From positions 1-53,631 of the forward strand of contig JAUCBJ010002158.1 of NCBI GenBank assembly GCA_032718475.1: a stretch of 53,631 nt of DNA. Direction: 5' to 3'. Under the pieces are notes generated by a model. That model did no database searches, had not been told where the DNA came from, and worked only from the letters and a program-made list of their open reading frames with translations. Source of the DNA: Nemertoderma westbladi (lineage: Eukaryota > Animalia > Xenacoelomorpha). Shown piece by piece: positions 46,579-53,631 of this stretch; position 1 is the first letter of the stretch, and each line of letters starts with the position of its first letter. The position numbers and the translations under genes are program-made.

Positions 46579-46910
46579 TTACTACTACTAGGTCGAGCGA
46601 ACTCGGACAGTGGAAATGAGATCCTTCCAGGCTTCCCGATTCTCCATAGTTGTCGCAATTTCGTTTCTCCCAAGTTCAGTATCCCTTTCAAGTTGATCTA
46701 TATATGTTATGGCCGGTCGTCCACGACTACGCTTTCCATGAGTTGGTTGCCAGAGAAGTAGATCTGGTATGACCTCGTCTTTACTTCGCCAGCAGTGCCC
46801 ACTGAATCTTAATCTGCGTTCACGGAGGGTGGTTGATACAGGTGGTATTGTACCATAAAGCTCGGCGTTTGTCATGTGTTGTCTCCAGCTGATGTTTAGG
46901 GCTGCCCTTA
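46579..46910 (-). mobile_element. 5'-truncated RTE-clade LINE fragment
   Basis: RRLRFSGHCWR...LLLWQPTHGKRSRGRP...ENREAW is the RTE ORF C terminus. It is followed by a (TAG)n tail. Confidence 0.85.
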
Positions 46911-47463
46911 GTAAGAAAAAAGTTAAAAAGGCAGTAAGTCTGGCCCTACCGGTACATGACAGGAATGGAAGTTACAAACTACGCGTAGCTACGCGTAGGT
47001 CGAAAAGATTTACCCTACTATCTTGACTATTTATTCTGCCTGTCTGGGTGTCTGCTATTACTGCAGTACCGGGTACTGTCAGACTGTATTTATGTGAACT
47101 TAATTGGAAAATTTCCTTGCTCACTACGCTCGCATTTTAATGTTAAAATACTAGGGCTACAGCATTATAAACTGATAAATTATTACAATTCAGCAATTAC
47201 TGCAAAATTTCATAGTCAATTGTTGGCTTGGCAGTTGGCACTTGGCTGCTTGGCGCGCATTGGATATCATGGCTGGCGCGATTTTCGTTTAACCAGAACG
47301 CGTGTGGCGCGCTTTTTGTCTTCAGTCTTGAAAATCTTGCCCCAGTCACCGCCCCCAGTCTGCCAGTTGCCAGTTAACAGATGGTATGGCCTTGTATATA
47401 GTACGCCTTGACTGCATTAGGGCTGTAGACTAATATAATAATAATAATAATATACTACTGCAT

Positions 47464-47850
47464 CTAATACTCGGAACGCATGAGGAGGGGGGCGCAGTCT
47501 TTATAGGGAAAGAGGGAGGAGAACCTACAGCTATTTTGAAAGACTATTTTGAGTTCTATATGGGGGAAGCATCGAAATAAACGTAATAGGCGATTCTTAA
47601 TTAGAATGCCGTGGTGACCCGTGAATGGAAGGCATATCATCACGGGGCGTTTTGGAACAGACTGGGAGGTGGCTGGAGGGTTATTTAGTCTAGAGAGAAA
47701 GAGATTGGTGACAGAGTCCATTAGTGACTTGGGGTAGCCATTGGAGCGCAAGGTGGTGCAGAGATCAACTATACTGGAATGGAATGTAAGATAACTAGAT
47801 GAAATATAAAACAATCTACTAATAAGAGTATAAATCAAACCAAATTTATA
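47464..47850 (-). pseudogene. Penelope-like retroelement fragment (RT thumb/linker before GIY-YIG), cut by the family 2 BEL/Pao insertion
   Basis: Motifs LRSNGYPKSLM, LPFTG and LFPYKD..P...RS. The sequence ends at the LTR starting at 47856. Confidence 0.75.
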
Positions 47851-47855
47851 ATTGC

Positions 47856-49116
47856 TGTAAAAGCTTCTGTGGGATATAACTGGCCCCTTTGCTTCGCAAT
47901 CCAGTTTCCCCCCAGGCGCTGGAATACTCTAAAAGGTTCTCTAACTGTATATATATTCCCCTCGCCCGCAAGGTACCGTTACAGGTGTTTTAACGGACAT
48001 AAAAGTCATTCTGCTATATACGTGTTTTAGCGGACATGGTAAGGCAAAAAACCTGCAATGCACCAAATACCTTTCACAGCTTAGCCGTGATGATTCATAT
48101 TACGACATCTAACAGCTGGTTGCTGACATGGAAACAGCCATTGGACGCATGGTTCTTTGTTTGGCTTGAGCCAATCAGAGCGATTTTTCCTGTCGACGTG
48201 TAGCTTTTCGGCCGATCATAAGGAGAGTGTTCAGTCTTACTGTTTTTTCTTGATACTTTGTGTTATTGCTATCTAGGCCAGGAACAACGGCTCTAGAGTC
48301 AATTCGTTTTCATACTTTAGAAGAAACATTAGTAGGCTTAAATTATAGAGCGTATGACTGTTATCGATTCATATCAATGCATAACAATACTTTGTTCACA
48401 TCTTGTCATATCATATCTTAACTTACCGTCTTAATGCTGTTTACTGTTGTGTTTTGGTTGAATATTATTTGGAGAACATATATAAAGAACCCAAATTTCC
48501 CAATTTTCTTGATACACTACAGGTTAGAGAGGCGGGTTATATATAGCGATTGCGACTTATATTGTTGTGGTTTGTAGTGAATTTAATGCTATTTGATAAG
48601 CACTACATTGGTCCGTTGCTGTTCTCTTTATATATGATAAAAATCATTGACGGTCGGCAAATTAGTGGGCAGTATTGTGTGTTACCGGTAGTGTGCATGA
48701 TTGTGATTGATAACTAAGCATTTCCTAAAGAATGCGCCTCATACGTGAATCATAAGCCTTACCGACTTACCGTTGTGATTAGTATAAGTCATATCTCTGT
48801 CTATTTAAATAGAGCGCCACGTCCTAAAGGAACTGTTAATATTTCCCGAAAGTAAATAATATTAGTCAGAAATTAATTATTAACGATCAATCGAATAATA
48901 CAATACCGTAAGCTTCACTGCAATAATAATTTAAGCCGACAGAATCCAGTCTCCCGGGATTATCCAGCGGGTGAATGGATGCGCACTAGGCTGGCTTCTG
49001 CTAATGTTGTGTTTATTGGTATTAAATATTTGTCATCTTCTAAAGTATATTTATAAACCAAAAGACATATAAAATTTGGCAGGTTAAACTGCTAAAGGTC
49101 TTCAAAAGCGCGTACA
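47856..49116 (+). repeat. 5' LTR of family 2 (1261 bp)
   Basis: TGTAAAAGC...GCGCGTACA. Both ends are defined by homology to the TSD-bounded solo LTR at 28413-29596. Confidence 0.9.
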
Positions 49117-49127
49117 ATAACAGTCAT
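49117..49127 (+). promoter_or_regulatory. Non-tRNA primer-binding site ATAACAGTCAT (putative self-priming)
   Basis: Directly follows the LTR, lacks TGG, and is exactly complementary to ATGACTGTTAT at 48354-48364 in the LTR. Confidence 0.75.
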
Positions 49128-51382
49128 TGACTTTATTGCAGTAAGCAATAAAGTTGAAAGTACCGGTCAACCGGTAAACCTGAACCGGTACTTCTGTAGG
49201 TCAGTAGGCCCAACTGCCAGAACCGGTACTGCTGTAGGTCCGTAGGTCCAACTGCCAGAACCGGTACTTCTGTAGGTCCGTAGGCCCAACTGTCCTAACC
49301 GGTACTTCCAGTACAAGTACATTAGTATTATTTCGATTGTGATCTATAGTATATTGTAGGCTGCCAGGGGAATAGGGATTGATCACCCCTCATTCTTTTG
49401 TATAGTTTACTTATTTCTGTCAGTTTTATTTCCTAGTAAGTTAATATTGAGCTGAAGACGTGTAAGTCTGCTCAGATTGTTCAGATAATTGTAGGCCGGA
49501 CTGTTGTCAGATTGTTGTTGGGTTTGGAGAGATTACGGCGTGTGTGGAGTTTGTCCGATAGAGTGCCAGTTAGTAAGTTGGGGCAGCCATTGCTGTAAGG
49601 TCAATCCCCTCTTAAAGAATAAGTCGTACTACCGTGTTAGAACGCATACTAACTAACAATTTTGGAATCTGCACATACTGTAGTTTATTTAGGCTTGACA
49701 GTATTCTGCCAGCGTTTTGGCTTGTGTTTGTTTGTGTGGTCTGTTCAGATACCGTAATAGTTATTACTCAGATATTTTGTAGGCTGGATTGTTGTCTAGC
49801 TATTATTAGGTCTGAAGAGATTGCTGCTTGTGTAGAGTTTGTCTGATAAAGTGCCAGTTAGTAAGTTGGGGCAGTCATAACTGTAAGGTCAATCCCCTCT
49901 TAAAGAATAAGTCGTACTACCGTGTTAGAACGCATACTAACTAACCGTTTTGGAATCTGCACATACAGTAGTTTATTTAGGCTTGGTGGTAGTCTGCCAG
50001 CGTTTGGTTTGTATTTTGTTTGAGTATTCTGTACGGGTAGCGTAATATTTATTATTCAGAGTTTATGCGATTATTCGCAACATTCATGTCCCCAAGTTTA
50101 TTCCTACAGTAATTGTGTTTGTTACACATACCGTTATAGTTAAATTAACCCCGGTACTACACGGGCTGCTTGGCGTAGGTAAAGACTGGTGACTTTGTGC
50201 TCTGGTCACTCCAGCAGATGCCGTGGTTCTTTTAACTGTTCAAGTATAATTAACTACTGATTATTTGTTGTACCAGTACTTGTACCTAATTTAGGGTTTA
50301 GTGTACAGTGCTTTCCGAAGGTAATTGGTGTGTAGGCAGTATATTTGTGTTGTAAAGTGGTTAATAGGCACTTTGGATCTGGTAGTCCGCGGTAATTAAC
50401 TTCCAGGTAGGAACACTCCGTGATACATAACATAGTACCTATAGCGATACGGTTATAGGTCGTCAGGCGGTGGTATTTTCCTATCTGGACAGTGCAATAT
50501 ATTTACTACTACTTATTATTTTCAAATACCGTAGTACCCTGTCCGTTGTAATAACCAGAAAATCTAACCCTTTGTTAGGCTGGTTTGTAGACTTCCTGTA
50601 AAATTACCCTAAAAATTCGTACGTAATATTTTGTTGTGTTTAATTAGAGATTTAATCTCACCCGTATCGTAGGTAATTCGTAGTATTAAGTAACTTAGGT
50701 AAATTAGAATTATCTGTTTTAGTGTCCCATAAATAGCACTTCACTGAGAGCGCACAGCTTCTGTGTAGTGACCCCCCAGAAATAATAACATTTATTTCAA
50801 ATATTGACAAAACCCTTTTAAACGGGTATATATCTATTATAAATCAACTCAAACGATTTATAAATAGTAGGCCTGCCATACAACAACTAGGTCTCAATAT
50901 CAGTTGGACTACTGCTTAAATAACGGTAACAAAGTAAGTTAAAGTAACCAAGTAACCCTAAAATATTCAGAAATTCAATTATTCTAAAAATAATTGACAT
51001 ACCGGTATTTACCATAGGCTTATTATATTTATTTCTATAAATTTTTGCTGAACTCATACCGGTATTCTGTGATTAATTCTAGTTCATAATTATACTTATA
51101 TATACTATAAGTGTAAGCTGTATACCGGTATTCACGATAGGCCTATTATATATTTATATATATTTGCGCTAAAATTATATACCGGTACTCTGTGACAAAT
51201 CTAGTCTGTAATAATACTTATATATATACTATAAGCATACCGGTATTCTAATATATTATATATATATCACGCTACACTGAGTAGCAGTATCGGTAATTAA
51301 TTACTAGGCTAACAGTGATACTGAATTACTAGACTTGCTTTAACTGTAATATAGCAGTAGGCATTCAACTGTACAAACAAAC

Positions 51383-53631
51383 ATGTCTGACACAAAACGG
51401 GCACTGTCAGATAGTCTTTTGGAAGGTGTTAGAATGAGTCTTAGACTTGGACAGGGTCTTGAAAGGAAGATGGCAGAGGCAATGGCAACATCAGAAGCGA
51501 AAAGAAAGGCGGCAGAGGCAATGGCAACAGCAGAAGCGGAAAGAAAGGCGGCAGAGACAATGGCAACAGCAGAAGCGGAAAGAAAGGCGGCAGAGGCAAT
51601 GGCAACAGTAGAAGCGGAAAGAAAGATAGAGACACCTGTACTCCCAGAACCTGCCTATAAATTCCCTTTGTACAGTACTAAACTACCTGTGCCCAGTAGG
51701 ACTGTTCCCGAGTCCGAACCCGTCCTGGACGCCGAGCGAGATATCAAGAATTTATCGCCCGTCGTCTCTCGCTCGCCCGCTACTACGTTGGCGACTCCCG
51801 CTTCGGCGGTTGAGTGGGTAGCTGAGGGACGACGGGAGATGGGTCTCTTGCTCGAGCAGCTGAGGGAACACTGTTTGTGCTCCTCTCAGCAGGTCCGGGA
51901 AATGGAAGAGACTGTTCAGCAGCTCAAGGGAACAGTCAGGGAAAGCAGGTTAGAGTTGCAAAAGGTGCAGCAAAGTATCGCGTTAGAACGCGATAAATTA
52001 GTCAATTTACAAAAGGGTATACCACCACCCCCTGTAACAATGTGTCAACCCGTTAGGTCTGAAGTATCTCATGCGCAAGGTGTGGAGCCTACACGCATCT
52101 ATACTGCTAGTGAAGTAGATACTCCTATAGTAAACCCTATTCAGGGTAATTATAAACCTGTTGATAATAATATTCCATATAGACCTGATCATAATCCGAG
52201 AAATTTATATACCGATAATTCTATATTCAATAATACGATGGTTCAAGAAAGTTTTACGCGTCAAATGGCTAGAACCGAAGCCCGTCAAGCGGTAAGGGTT
52301 GGAGAGATCGTCAAGTTCAATGGAGATGAGATGAAATGGTTACCTTTTAATGAATATTACAAAGATAACATACAGAATTCTGTGCTATCTAACGGAGAGA
52401 AACTCAGATACCTCATCGAATGCTTGGAAGGACCTCCCAAGTTAATGGCGTTAAAATTTATTGGACATCCAGATGGATTAAGACAAGTTTGGGATACATT
52501 AAACATCAGGTATGGTAATAGGACTAACATAGCTAGGCATTTATATGCGAAATTAATGGCGCCCCGAAAGTTTCTTAGCAGCGGGATTATAGAATTTTCC
52601 GATGAGATTCAGGAGATCTGTAGACAGCTAGATTGGTTAGGTAAGTCTCATGAATACCAGAACTCTATGGTTGTAGGAGCCTTAGCATCTACTTTACCAA
52701 AGGGTGGAGTAGGTACACGCTGGGACAAGAAAGTGTTATATATGATGGAACAACAACAACGAGACCCTACCATGGCTGATCTCATGTCCTTCTTAGATAG
52801 TGAAGTAAAATTACAACTCATAAAGCAGTCCAGAGAGAAAACATCGGAAAATAAGGTAAGTGAGAAACCCGTTTCTAGGAGAAGGGTAACACCAGTGTGT
52901 TATACTGACGACGACGAAAGCCAAGTCTCTCAGGAAGAGGACAGCGGGAAAGACACAGCAAAATCTTACTATGATAACAAGACCTATAAAGACGTAAGTA
53001 AATATAAGTCTCGAACCAGTGACAGGAGAGAACAGGTAACAACAACTCCTCCTACGTCTCCTAAGAGAATTCACGGAAGAAAGCCCGAAGAAAGAACGAG
53101 AGTGCATAACGTTACCCAAGGTAAAGTGAGTAACATCAAACCAAAATGTGCGCTGTGCGACGGGCCCCACCGTTTGAGTGTGTGTGCTGAATTCCTAAAG
53201 AAATCCCTGGTAGACAGACGTGAAGTCATGTGGGATAAGCGGTTATGCTATAATTGCCTCAGACCAGGACACCAACGGCGAACCTGTTACTCCGAAGTAA
53301 AGTGTGCAAAGTGCGGTGCGAAACATCACATCTTGTTACGCAGTGAATTCGAACGAAACAACCCGAGTCAGGTAAGTGAGCCCGAACTACATGTCCAATT
53401 CAGTGATGTAAATGACACTGATCAAGAGTCTGAGATGGAAGGATTCTATACGGACGAATTCTCCGACGCCAACGAATCCTGTTACCTAATAAATACCGCA
53501 GTGTATCGAGCACTTACGTATGAAAAGGACACCGACAATGAGTTCCCCCCAACTACCTTTGACAGACAACCATCTTGGAAACCTCCAACTTCCAACGTAG
53601 GAATCAGAGAATTTCCTGTAGTGCAGTGCAG
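51383..53631 (+). CDS. gag: BEL/Pao Gag(-Pol) of family 2, 3'-incomplete (missing from the ORF track, presumably because no stop occurs in the window)
   Basis: Manual translation from ATG 51383: MSDTKRALSD..., AEAMATAEAERKA repeats, VKFNGDEMKWLPF and EKLRYLIECLEGPP (DUF1759-like), CALCDGPHRLSVC, CYNCLRPGHQRRTC, CAKCGAKHH. Frame checked at 52301 and 53141. Confidence 0.9.
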   Translation, partial: MSDTKRALSDSLLEGVRMSLRLGQGLERKMAEAMATSEAKRKAAEAMATAEAERKAAETMATAEAERKAAEAMATVEAERKIETPVLPEPAYKFPLYSTKLPVPSRTVPESEPVLDAERDIKNLSPVVSRSPATTLATPASAVEWVAEGRREMGLLLEQLREHCLCSSQQVREMEETVQQLKGTVRESRLELQKVQQSIALERDKLVNLQKGIPPPPVTMCQPVRSEVSHAQGVEPTRIYTASEVDTPIVNPIQGNYKPVDNNIPYRPDHNPRNLYTDNSIFNNTMVQESFTRQMARTEARQAVRVGEIVKFNGDEMKWLPFNEYYKDNIQNSVLSNGEKLRYLIECLEGPPKLMALKFIGHPDGLRQVWDTLNIRYGNRTNIARHLYAKLMAPRKFLSSGIIEFSDEIQEICRQLDWLGKSHEYQNSMVVGALASTLPKGGVGTRWDKKVLYMMEQQQRDPTMADLMSFLDSEVKLQLIKQSREKTSENKVSEKPVSRRRVTPVCYTDDDESQVSQEEDSGKDTAKSYYDNKTYKDVSKYKSRTSDRREQVTTTPPTSPKRIHGRKPEERTRVHNVTQGKVSNIKPKCALCDGPHRLSVCAEFLKKSLVDRREVMWDKRLCYNCLRPGHQRRTCYSEVKCAKCGAKHHILLRSEFERNNPSQVSEPELHVQFSDVNDTDQESEMEGFYTDEFSDANESCYLINTAVYRALTYEKDTDNEFPPTTFDRQPSWKPPTSNVGIREFPVVQC

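Larger units (their letters stand above)
27602..47015. mobile_element. Second copy of the CTACGCGTAG MITE, split by a solo LTR, a full BEL/Pao element and an RTE fragment
   Basis: Same TIRs at 27602 and ending at 47015. 8-bp TSD TACTATCT (27594-27601, 47016-47023). Its pieces are collinear with 26378-27509. Confidence 0.85.
47856..53631 (+). mobile_element. 5' part of a BEL/Pao LTR retrotransposon, family 2 (runs off the window)
   Basis: LTR, a 2.27-kb leader containing tandem repeats, then a Pao-type gag. Candidate TSD ATTGC (47851-47855); its right copy is outside the window. Confidence 0.9.

Overview
AT-rich eukaryotic DNA, most likely from an invertebrate animal. It holds one host exon (PGAP4/TMEM246-like, 190-1062) followed by about 52 kb of nested transposable elements. 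These include non-autonomous TIR and foldback elements, a 12-bp minisatellite, a recent tandem duplication, and LINE and Penelope fragments. There are also two unrelated BEL/Pao LTR retrotransposon families: a complete young element (29689-46494, minus strand), and a second family represented by a solo LTR (28413-29596) and the 5' part of a full element (47856 to the window end). The main finding is that neither BEL/Pao element has a tRNA-type primer-binding site (PBS). In both, the 11 nt directly after the 5' LTR are the exact reverse complement of an 11-mer inside their own LTR, and a stable hairpin follows immediately. This is the architecture of Tf1-style self-primed reverse transcription, which I know only from Ty3/Gypsy elements. 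The complete element also has TA...TA LTR ends, a tRNA-derived Pol III cassette in U3, an in-frame TAG between RNase H and integrase, and an env-position ORF encoding a triple zinc-knuckle protein with apparent splice signals. All comparisons were made by eye; no alignments or database searches were run.
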